Part shown: piece after piece, positions 53,481 through 64,000 of the stretch | Layout of the letters: the number at the start of each line of letters is the position of its first letter | Numbering within the stretch: position 1 is the stretch's first letter | From: Peribolospora baueri | Taxonomy: Eukaryota | Direction: 5' to 3' | Assembly (NCBI GenBank): GCA_029717555.1 | Contig: JAMDHS010000085.1 | Coordinates: 1-64,000 of the forward strand | DNA length: 64,000 nt | The notes under the pieces: model-generated | Databases searched by the model: none | Told to the model about the DNA's origin: nothing | What the model saw: only the letters and a program-made list of their open reading frames with translations | Translations under genes and position numbers: made by a program

Positions 53481-54427
53481 CTATTGGCCCAGCTTCTTCT
53501 CCATCGAGGTGTGGATGTCGATCACCTCACGGTGCGCATCGGGGGCTGCAGGCATCAATAGCACGGCATGGACAACGGCAAGGGTGAGCCAATCCGGCGG
53601 GCGCCAAACCGGACGGTGGAAAGCAGACAGGAAATCGTCAGCGGGCGTCGTTGACATTGCTCAAGTGACGTTGGGCCAACATCGAGCAGCGCCTGCTCAC
53701 CGGACAAAAAGTCGGGAACGTCCAAGGTTTCGTCCCTTCCGTTTAGAATGTCGAGATGAAGGTTGGAGGTGCTACGAGCCGGCATGTGAGGGTTCTGTGA
53801 ACGAGGCAGGTGGCAATGAGTCAATGAGCTGAGCAGGTCGCCGACAAGAAGGCCACCAGGTAGGCCTTCTGCGCCTCTTTGCGTTCCATGAAATTGGAAC
53901 ACTTCGCAGGTCCACTCACGTAGGAGACAATCTGCCTCTCCATGAGAGTTCGGAGGGGCGAGTGAAGGCCATAGAGGTTACGATGCAAGGCCAGCTTGAC
54001 GTTGTCTTGCGTCTCGTCCCACTGGAGTGGAATTGAAAAAAAGCCACAGATATACCAGTCAGTCGTCAGCACCCATCTCTTAGGAGGATAGTCACCGCAC
54101 ACTGCCAGCGTCCATCCGCGCCCGAACAGCTTCAGACGCCATCCGCATTTCCCGCCCTTCGCACTCTGCCAGCCATCTTCCTACTACACACCTTTTCCAG
54201 CCTGTTCTGGATCGGGTGCTTGGCTTCCACGTCGGTGGATAGATTTCGCTGGCCATATCGGATGGCGTCGTGGAGGCCGAACGAGCTGGCGGTCTCCTTG
54301 ACTGTGACGGGTGCGCTGGATGCCTGGGAGACAGGCACGATAGGGAGAGACTGCAAAACAGGCGGGGGCTCGGTGAGATGTGTCTACTGGAGCGCAAGCA
54401 TGCTCGGCCACGGCCCTCGCTTACCAT
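53481..54427 (-). CDS. UMP1: Proteasome maturation factor
   Basis: GLHDAIRYG...HPIQNRLEK/WDETQ...YGLHSPLRTLMERQIV / SNLHLDILNGRDETLD / DIHTSMEKKLG. Confidence 0.93.
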
Positions 54428-54767
54428 CTCTTCACGGCGCGCCTGTTAATGCTGGACAGAAGGAAGGAAGAGCTGGAGGTGGTCGCTGTGAGCGAGAGTA
54501 AGCCAGCGACGATGATCGGACGGAACGCGCAAGCTTGGAGGGCAGCAAGTATACTTACTATGCTTACGCGTACACGCCGGTTTTATGCATACTCGCAAGT
54601 ACGGGTATACTTCCCTCGTGACATTCTCCGTCCGTCTCGACTCCATCGCCACCATCAACCCTCATCTCAACCACCGCCCGCACCCCTCGTCCCTTTCCTT
54701 TTCTTCGTTCGCTTCTTTTTTTCCCCCCAGAGTGTGCCATCGGTCGGAGAGCCGCATCTTGTTGGCC

Positions 54768-57700
54768 ATGGCTCCCGTAGCTTCGACATCGGCCTCGCCA
54801 GACGGCGACGAGCTGTACCAGCTCGAGATGCTTTCCCTCCATACCAAGATCTCCTCCGAACTGATGAACAACATCGGCATGGGCGACCGGACGCTTGCAG
54901 AGTTTATCGTATCTCTTCACGACTCGTCCAAGTCTTTCTCCGAGTTCAAGGGCAAGCTTGCTGAGGTCGGCGCCGAGTTTCCGGACACCTTCGTGGAGAA
55001 CCTCGACCGTCTCATCCTGAGCTTGCACCCCAAGCATCGACAGAAGACCAAGGCGATGAACAGCGTCACGTCGGGGGCCAGTGGAAAGGGGAAAGCGGTA
55101 GATGGTGTAGACGGCGAAGAGGAGAGCGAGGCGGAGGCTCATAAGCGCAGGTTGTTCCCGGGTCTCGCCCTCCCTGATCAGGACTGGCAGCCTCCTCCGA
55201 TCGAAGACGGCAAGAACCGGTCGTCAGCAGGCTTCCGAGATCCGGCTGACGATCTTCTCTCTGAGCTTGAGAGCGTTGCGGCCCGCAGAGGTGGACGAGA
55301 GGAGCCGCGCGGTCGGAGTCCAAAGCGGCGGCGCGCGATTGACTCGCCCGATCGCGACTTGGCACCACACCTTGGTATCGACGGCGATTCCAGCGATCGG
55401 CGCAAGCGCAAAGTCAACGAAGTGGAGTTTACCGACGATGGGCGATCAGCCAAGCGTTTGTCGAGTCCGGAGCGGTGGGAGATCAAGCAGTTGATCGCCT
55501 CCGGCGTCGTCGATGCGAAGGACTACCCCGATCTCGACGAGGATTACGGCAAGCCGGCACGATATCACGAGCCGGAGGAGGAGATGGACATTGAGATCAA
55601 CGAAAGCGAGGCACCATTCTTGCAAGGCCAGACCAAGACTACGCTACAGCTCAGTCCAATCAAAATTGTCAAGGCGCCAGACGGCTCGCTGAACCGTGCG
55701 GCCATAGCAGGTGCCTCCCTGTCCAAAGAGCGTCGCGAGCTGCGTCAGCAGGAGGTCAACGACCAAGCAGACGCAGAAACGCGTGATCTGTCTACGCCTT
55801 GGCTCGATCCCATGACCCAACAGTCCGAGCGAGTCTTTGCCCAAGACCTGCGCGGAAACCTTTTAGGACAGAAGGCACAGGATGTACCTGCCTGGAAAAA
55901 GGAGACCTTCAACAAAGCGACCACGTTTGGCAAGATCACCAACAAGTCGATCCAAGAGCAGCGGCAGAGTCTGCCCATCTTCAAGCTCCGGGAACAGTTG
56001 GTCAAAGCGATCCGCGAAAATCAGGTCCTCGTCGTCGTTGGAGACACTGGGTCAGGAAAGACGACGCAGATGACCCAGTATCTCGCTGAGGAGGGTTTCG
56101 CTGACCGCGGCAAGATTGGGTGCACGCAACCTCGTCGTGTCGCGGCGGTCTCGGTAGCCAAGCGCGTGGCCGAGGAGGTCGGATGCAGAGTCGGACAGGA
56201 AGTCGGCTACACCATCCGCTTCGAGGACTGCACGAGTCCGGAGACGCGAATCAAGTACATGACCGACGGCATGCTTCAGAGAGAGTGCTTGATCGACCCT
56301 AACGTCAGCCAGTATAACGTCATCATGCTCGACGAGGCCCACGAGCGAACGATCGCCACCGACGTCCTGTTCGGTCTTCTGAAGAAGGCCCTCAAGCGTC
56401 GCCCCGATCTCAAGCTGATCGTCACCAGCGCCACTCTCGACGCGGAAAAGTTTTCAAAATACTTTTTCGGTTGCCCCATCTTCACCATTCCGGGCCGCAC
56501 CTACCCAGTCGAGACCCTCTACACCAAGGAGCCAGAGTCGGACTATCTCGACGCGAGCTTGATCACCGTGATGCAGATCCACCTCTCCGAGCCCCCTGGC
56601 GACATCTTGTTGTTCTTGACGGGTCAAGAGGAGATCGACACGTCTTGCGAGATTCTGTTCGAACGCATGAAGGCGCTTGGCCCGTCGGTTCCAGAGCTCA
56701 TCATCTTGCCAGTCTATTCTGCGCTTCCATCCGAGATGCAGTCTCGAATCTTCGAACCGACGCCTCCTGGCAGTCGCAAAGTCATTCTGGCCACCAATAT
56801 TGCCGAGACCAGCATCACCATCGACGGCATCTATTATGTTATCGATCCAGGTTTCGTCAAGCAGAACGCCTATGATCCGAGACTGGGAATGGACTCGCTG
56901 GTCGTCACGCCCATCTCTCAGGCGCAAGCGCGCCAGCGTGCCGGTCGCGCCGGTCGCACGGGACCTGGCAAGTGCTACCGTCTCTACACGGAGGCTGCTT
57001 ACCGCAACGAGATGTTGCCCAACCCGGTCCCAGAAATTCAGCGCCAGAACCTCTCTCACACCATCCTCATGCTCAAAGCGATGGGCATCAACGATCTGCT
57101 CAACTTTGATTTCATGGACCCTCCGCCGGCGCAGACGTTGCTCACGGCTCTCGAGCAATTGTACGCCCTGTCCGCTCTTGATGACGAAGGCCTTCTCACC
57201 CGCCTCGGCAGGAAGATGGCCGACTTTCCCATGGAGCCGCCCTTGGCCAAGATGCTCATCGCCAGTGTGGACCTCGGGTGTTCCGAGGAGATCCTTACCG
57301 TCGTCGCTATGCTCAACATCCCGAACGTCTTCTACCGACCAAAGGAAAAGCAGGCGCAAGCTGATGCCAAGAAGGCCAAGTTTCATCAGCCAGAGGGTGA
57401 CCACCTCACGCTCTTGACCGTCTACAACGGCTGGCAGGCCAGCAAATTCAGCAACCCGTGGTGCTTCGAGAACTACATCCAGGCGAGAAGTATGAGGCGA
57501 GCGCAGGACGTCAGGAAGCAACTTCTTGGCATCATGGACAGGTACGTATATTAGTGGCTTTCCTTAGCACAGTGCAGGGCTTGATACTCATATCTTGGCT
57601 TCCCTCGCCATGGTTTTCGTAGGTACAAGCACGACATTGTCTCTTGTGGCAAAAACTACAACCGCGTACGCCGGGCTATTTGCTCGGGCTTCTTCCGCAA

Positions 57701-58211
57701 TGCAGCCAAGAAGGATCCTCAAGAAGGTTACAAGACACTCACGGAAGGCACGCCGGTGTTCATCCACCCGAGTTCGGCGCTCTTCAACAAGAACCCGGAA
57801 TGGGTGATTTGTAAGTCTCGCCGTGGACCTTGGACACGATGGCACACACATGTGCGGTCCTGCTCATCTGATCGATCCGTGTTCGTTTGTCTTGCAGATC
57901 ACGAACTCGTTCTCACAACAAAAGAGTACATGCGCGAAGTGACGTCCATCGAGCCGAAATGGCTCACAGAAGTCGCTCCACGCTTCTTCAAAGTGGCGGA
58001 CCAGAACAAGATTTCCAAGCGCAAGAAGGGGGAGAGGATCCAACCGCTGTTCAACAAGTACGAGAAGCCGGACGAGTGGAGGCTCAGCAAAGTTCGCCGT
58101 ACGACGAGGGTGAGCTTTTATTTGTCGACTTCGCACTCGTGTGTCCCAGGAACTATTTCGTGCTGACGCCTTCCCTTTCTTTGTTTGCAGACCTCACAAA
58201 CGTTTGGTTGA
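54768..58211 (+). CDS. PRP22: Pre-mRNA splicing DEAH-box helicase Prp22 (DHX8)
   Basis: [44 protein letters not shown]-terminus [18 protein letters not shown]. Confidence 0.97.
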
Positions 58212-58491
58212 GCTGGATTTCTGCGGTCATCATGGCGCCTTTCCTGCTTGCGTGACGAGGATAGTGTACATTTATGTCGCAGGACTCTCTGCGTCGATTA
58301 CGTGGGCTCAGAATCGATTCCGCGCTCGCTTCCGTTATCTCCAAGATAATGTTCATACATGGCGTCGCTATGGGTTACACGATTAGACAGACGTCTGTCG
58401 CCATGGCTTGGCTGCTCGAGAACATGTCAAAATGCTGGGTAACGAAGACGGTTTGGACAGGAAGACGGGAGGACTGCGGTGGAATACAGAC

Positions 58492-60858
58492 TCAGCCGAA
58501 CACGTCCTCATCCCACTCTGCCTGGCCATAGCTCTCATAGCCTTCTGTTGCGCCGTAGGCGCCAAAGATGCCGCTCGAGTCAGGTTTGGGTTGCGATTGC
58601 TGAGACGTTGACGAAACGTGGAAAAGGCGGCGTGAGCGTCCACACACTAGTAGTAAACAAGTGCGCTCGGCTCGGCTTGGTCGGTCCACAATAACCCGCA
58701 CCTTCTGAAGAAACTCCTTGCTCTTCCCAAGCGCCCTCTCCTGCTGTCTGACAATTTCCTGGATGGCCATGGCGGCTCGCATCTCCGCTTCAAGTCTTGT
58801 GATGGTGTCCAGTGAGTTGAAGTTCTCGGACGGCTCCTGATATACGATAACAGGGGGACCTGAGCCGGACGACGGAGACTCGATCGAGGCTTGAAGCATG
58901 CCCACTTCAATCTGGCCCGTGCGCAGCAAAACAGAGTGTGGATAACGATTAAGGGAGCGGGAATTGCAAAGGAAAGATAAAGGCACGAAGGAAAGCAAGA
59001 GCAAAGCTCACCATTCCCTGCACTTCGATCTCGGCCAACCTCTCCGACTCGGGTCCTGGAGGCATGTCCAGCAAGCGTGCTACCCGATCCATCGGCAGTC
59101 TGGTGTATGACTTGCCCAGCTGCTGGACACGTCGCAAGCGCACCAGACCTAACGCTTGCTTGACCAGACCGATGTTACGGTCCTGACCAACAAAACGTGT
59201 GGAGATGAGGATTAGGGTGTCCAAATAAGTGCAGATCGGCCGGCTTAGCGCTCACCGCTAGGAAAGCCTCTGCATTCTCGTCTGCAATTGCCGGCAGCCG
59301 TTTCATTTCCGACCAGGACTCCGAATCATACGCCTTGGCGAACATGAGATAAGGTCTGCCAATGGATTTGAACGCGCTGGTGACGACGGATGAGGTGTAT
59401 TTTGGCACAGGAGAAGTCTGAGGATGCAATCCGAGCCATGTCAAGCTCGCGTCTTGGGCACCCATCGTTGAATTCGGGAAAGGCCGTGAAGATGTCGACA
59501 CTCACCTTTCCATTGTCAATCAACTGGACGAGGATGAGCTTCTTGTACGCGTCCATCTGAATTGCACTGACAGAGGTTCCCGGTGAAGACACCACCTGAC
59601 GGTGGACAGATGCCGGAACGAGATGAGCACGATCCGCTTGATTCCAGCAGAGGCATGAAACGGGATGCTCACCGTCTCGAAGAAATCGATGGCACGCTTG
59701 TACATCTTCAAAGCGGTGTAAATCATACCTCCGTAGTAGAAGTACTCGAGGTTGTCAGAGTATCGGATGGGTGAGAGCTAAACAGGGGGAAATTGATGAG
59801 CATGACATGCGTAGCCGGTTCGCATAAAAGAAATGCGCTTACCTGCTTGTCTACGTCAGTCAGGTCGTGGTCGAGCAACTCGGCCGCTTCACCATATTCC
59901 CTCGTTCGAAGGCATGCCTACGGACAGCAAGCGCAACATACGCGAATTACGTCAGCAAGGCGAGTATATAACAAACTCCTGCTGGTATATTTGAATGGTC
60001 GGCCGCTGGTCGTTCGGGGTACGCACGTAGATGTAGATCGGATGCAGTGAGGTAAAGATGGAGGGAGAGGGACTATAGCGCCATATGAGGTCGCGGAGAA
60101 GGCCGACACCTGCCTTGGCCTTTCAGGTTCAGTTTGGAAAAAAGAGGGTAATCAGGCAGGAGCGTACGTAGGCAGGGAGGGGAGGAAATGGCATCTCACA
60201 TCGGCACCGGTGTTTGAGCTGTCCTGCAGCCATCTTGCGAGCCGGTCAACTGTGAGAGCAAATGCATAAGCAATGGTGTAAGGTTCACCAGAATCAGGCC
60301 TGCAAATGACTCGCCTCGAGTCCCGCGAACTTCCGCATCTGTATCGTCTACGATGAGATGCCACAGCTGCATGCCCACCTTCGTGACCAGAGAGTCTGGC
60401 CTGCTGAACATCGAACGAGGTGACCCAGTTGCGAACATAGCCAAAGAGCATAGGATGCCTATCCACCGGTGTCGCTCTGAGAAGAGCCGCGCTGAGGAGG
60501 TCAAGCACGATTGGGAGGGCAAACAAGAGTGAGAGAGGTGAAAACAGGTACTGATGCAGAAACAGGAGCGGGCAGCTCACAGGATATGCAGCGCGCCAAG
60601 AGAGTGCTGCGCAAAGTCAAGCATCTCTAACGGGTGAGCACCACCCTGCAGAGGTTCGGACAGCACCGCTCCGTTCTGCAAGGCTGTGGTGGCTATGAGC
60701 CTTGGGAGGAGCTTGCCCTTGACGGCATCGTATGTATCAGACCTGAGAATCCAGTCGACCGCTTCGTCACTGGACGTGAAAGGCGCCGTGGCGGTGACGC
60801 CGGCCAACGAGCTCGCGGCCGTCGACATTGCGCTGAGCTGGGGCTTTGTGTGGACCAT
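58492..60858 (-). CDS. CSN3: COP9 signalosome subunit 3 (PCI domain)
   Basis: LEYFYYGGMIYTALKMYKRAIDFFE; PGTSVSAIQMDAYKKLILVQLI; DRNIGLVKQ...IQ/VQQLGKSYTRL. Confidence 0.85.
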
Positions 60859-61084
60859 CGCGAACGCTGCGCTGGACGTCCGAGCTGGCGATGAAGGCGT
60901 TGGAGGTGAGCGTCGACGTCGTCCACTCCAACCTCCATCCCGCTCGTACCCCTCGACCCGCTTGTCTTGTCCCCCCCGATCACGCTGCGGCATAGCGCCG
61001 CTCTTCTCCGCGAAGCCTAACATGTCGTCCGCTTCGACGACCGATCATTCTCGCCGACATCTTTCTTCAGGTGCACAGTACAAC

Positions 61085-61871
61085 ATGTCGAGACCACCAT
61101 TGCAACCAGACATGACAATAAGCGGGATCATCCACGACCCGTACACACAGGAGCGGGTCGTACCCTCTTCCCGCCGTGCGGACGGGAGGTGAGCCGAGAC
61201 AAGACAAGACGGCCGGACGGCTGCTGCGAAGCGATGTGATGTGATCGTGCACGTCGCCGACAGCTGACTGGCTTTTGCACCGCTCTTGTCTTTGCGCATC
61301 CTGCTCATCTATCAGCGCCCGAAAGGAACTCAAAATCCGCCCCGGCTACACCCCGCAAGAGGACGTCTCCAAATACAAGACGGCTCGCCAGCTCGAGCGG
61401 GAGCGGACGGCACTGCCCAAGGGCAGCGTCGTTGGCTACATCCGGCCTAGCGAGGCGGTCGAAGCGGCGAAACAAGGGATGAGCAAGAGCGCTAAGAAGA
61501 ATGCAAAGCGAAAGGAAAAGAAGCAGCAGGAGAAGACGGCGGAGGCGGAGACTCCCGAAGCTTGGGACGACGAGGATGGCCAGGCTGGTCCGGCTGGTCT
61601 GGCGCCTGCGTCCGCTTCAGGACCGGCGTCGACGAAGAGCGCCAAGACATCGATGGAGAAGGAAGCAGCACCTCCGGCGCCGGAAGCTGGAACTGGCGAG
61701 GAGTCGGTGGACCCAGAAAAGCGGGCTCGGGCGGTTTCGAAGCGTTTGCGTGCCGCGGTGGCCCTTCGCGAAAAGGCCGAGAAGGGGGAGAAGCTGTTAC
61801 CGGAGCAGCAGGCCAAGGTGGATAGCATCCAACGGCTCGAGGAAGAATTCGCCAAGTTGCAGGTCGCTTAA
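61085..61871 (+). CDS. PYM1: Partner of Y14-Mago (PYM/WIBG)
   Basis: ERVVPSSRRADG / RKELKIRPGYTPQEDV; C-terminus DPEKRARAVSKRLR...KLLPEQQAKV. An alternative in-frame ATG lies at 61022. Confidence 0.9.
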
Positions 61872-62801
61872 CACAGGCGAAGGATCGATGGCAAGCCTCC
61901 CACGAATAGAGGGGCTGGAACAGAATTTGTACGATCTAGGGAGCATACTCCGCCTATTTCCTTCAGCCCTATGGTTCTCGGGCTTCCCAGCATTTTAAGC
62001 AGTGTGTATTGTATTGATGGATATACCCGTGGGGGCCTCCGAAGGCTGATCTGTGATGCCGGCTTCAGTTCTAACGTCGTTCCGCTCTGCCTTAACTATA
62101 CTCGTTCAGGGCTGGAACGTCTGAGAGTCACCTGGAACGGAAGGCAAATATCAAGATGCCCGAACAGCTGATGGCGGTTCTCCTTTATCCTCCTATTCAT
62201 GAACGAGTATTGTGCCCAAGGTGGTTCGGCCCACTTCTCGTCCACGTTGGTCCGCATGGGGCTGACTGGCTTGAAGGAAAGGGAAGCCTATGTATTTTAC
62301 GACCTTGTCATGTCCAAAATATAGTCAATCCAAAGAAGAGTCGATCAAGGTGACCGTGAACGAACGAAGTTGTCATGCTCGGTGGGGTCAGAGGAACGGA
62401 GTGTAGGACAAGATGAATGTCAGTTCTAGCTAGATACCTGGACACAGACCTACGTCAACTTGAGCGTCAGACAGAAAAGAGCGAGACCAAATGCACACAA
62501 GCGATCTGAAGTGGTACTGCAAGCATTCGGATGCCACACTTCACCACACCAGATTTGAGCAGGTACGTCGCCATCAGGTAGACGTATGTATGGATGCTGG
62601 GGTGTGGACCCGGCCGCGACCCCGATCGATGGCCCGTGCGCGTCTCGCCGGAGCTATACAGCTCGAGTTAAATCCGCGCATGTCCATGTAACCCTAACTG
62701 AACGGCCTTCGAGGAACGACGACTCGAGTCGTCCACAACGTCGTCGCGCCTGGCTTTGGTTATCGTTTCCATCGCTCCTCAAGTTTGTATCGCTCGCCGA
62801 G

Positions 62802-63343
62802 ATGAAGGTCGAGATCTGCTCTTTCTCCGGCGCCAAGATCTACCCTGGCAAGGGTCGCCTCTACGTGAGGGGAGACAGCAAGGTGCGTGTTTACCATGCA
62901 GTCGCGACGGCGGGGAACGAGGGAAAGCGAAGATCTCATCGTACTGGAATCCCGCGTTTCTCTTCTCGCGCTTTCACTTCACAAACCGCTTGTTTTACTC
63001 GCGTTCTTCGAATGCCGATCATGCACCTCCCGAACAGGTCTTCCGCTTCGTCAACTCCAAGTCCGAGTCGCTCTTCCTCCAGCGCAAGAACCCGCGCAAG
63101 ATCGCCTGGACGGTCGTCTACCGCCGGCTCCACAAGAAGGGTATCACCGAGGAGGTGGCTAAGAAGCGCTCGCGCAAGAACGTCAAGTACCAGCGCGGTG
63201 TCGTCGGTGCCGACCTCGCTGCCATCGCTGCCAAGCGTAACCAGAAGCCCGAGGTTAGGCAGGCTGCTCGCCAGGCGGCCATCATGGAGGGCAAGGAGAA
63301 GAAGAAGGCCGAGCAGGCTGCGAGGAAGGCGGATAAGGCTAAG
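62802..63343 (+). CDS. RPL24: 60S ribosomal protein L24, exons 62802-62882 and 63038-63343; the last exon is probably beyond the window
   Basis: [27 protein letters not shown] / [35 protein letters not shown]. Confidence 0.96.
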
Positions 63344-64000
63344 GTGAGCAGCAGCGGGTCCTTGAGCAAAAATGGCGTGATAGCCCTCGGTCTGTGCCAA
63401 CTGTAGGGCTGGATAGAGCTGTGGGCGACTGCGGAGCCGCGCGAATGGCGACCGCGAACGGACGAATCGGCAGCAGCTCAAGTGTGCTCAACCCCCTCCT
63501 TTCTCTTTCCTTCCGTGCTTTGTGACCTCCAGTCCGCGACTTCCGCTTCCCGCGGCGCTGGGGGCCCCAAGGTCTCCCGGCAAGGCATGAAGGGCGGTCA
63601 GGCGAAGCAGAAGGCTCGCGTCTAAAAGGCCTGTCGTCGTTAGATTCGCCATCGCCACCTGGGCAGTCGTTTGGCGAGGAGACGGTCGGACTAGGCTTCT
63701 GAGCCACATCTTCTCACGGTCGGACATGTCGTGTTGACTAGCCCGTCTTCCCGAACCGACTTGAATGCTTTCCTATGGGGCGACCTAGCGGGCCCGTTTG
63801 TCCTCCTTACCATGCACCCATGCACCCGGTCTTGCAAAAGCCCAGGATGTACTAGTATCGTATGAAGAATACGAGAGAGGGGCAGTCGTCGAGGCCGTCT
63901 CCTCTCGATTGATTCTCATCATCCCTCGCTCCGTCGAACGAAGCGCCTGAACAAGGCACCGGCGGCGGAAATTGGAACGTTCAGGCGGCTTTTCACGAGG

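Noticed and set aside
62689..62698. Interstitial telomere-like TAACCCTAAC upstream of RPL24
   Set aside because: A single short match. It could be a telo-box-like promoter motif but cannot be distinguished from chance.

Overview
This is the left end of a chromosome from an intron-rich, GC-rich basidiomycete fungus. Evidence: (CCCTAA)n telomere at 1-101, a 5S gene linked to 28S on the same strand, and a DUF6533-like gene. The first ~20 kb is a subtelomeric patchwork. It holds a secreted Kex2-type multi-peptide precursor next to the telomere, a frameshifted NACHT-WD40 NLR, an O-methyltransferase and a DUF6533-like membrane protein. It also holds four pieces of one Ty3/gypsy LTR family, two genomic rDNA fragments and orphan exons of adenylate cyclase and proteasome beta4. 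One LTR keeps a perfect Tf1-type self-priming PBS, one is capped directly by the telomere, and two have a terminus fused exactly to 28S rDNA. From ~20.5 kb the window is mostly housekeeping genes: DES1, ULA1/NAE1, URB1, MSH2, ATP-citrate lyase, RPL38, a GNAT, an OXLD1-like gene, a UBL3-like gene, UMP1, PRP22, CSN3, PYM1 and RPL24. At 47.2-50.2 kb a dense cluster of copia and gypsy fragments contains two long fold-back inverted repeats, a candidate hairpin-siRNA locus. All calls come from manual motif recognition and alignment by eye. No database searches were run, and multi-exon gene boundaries are best estimates.
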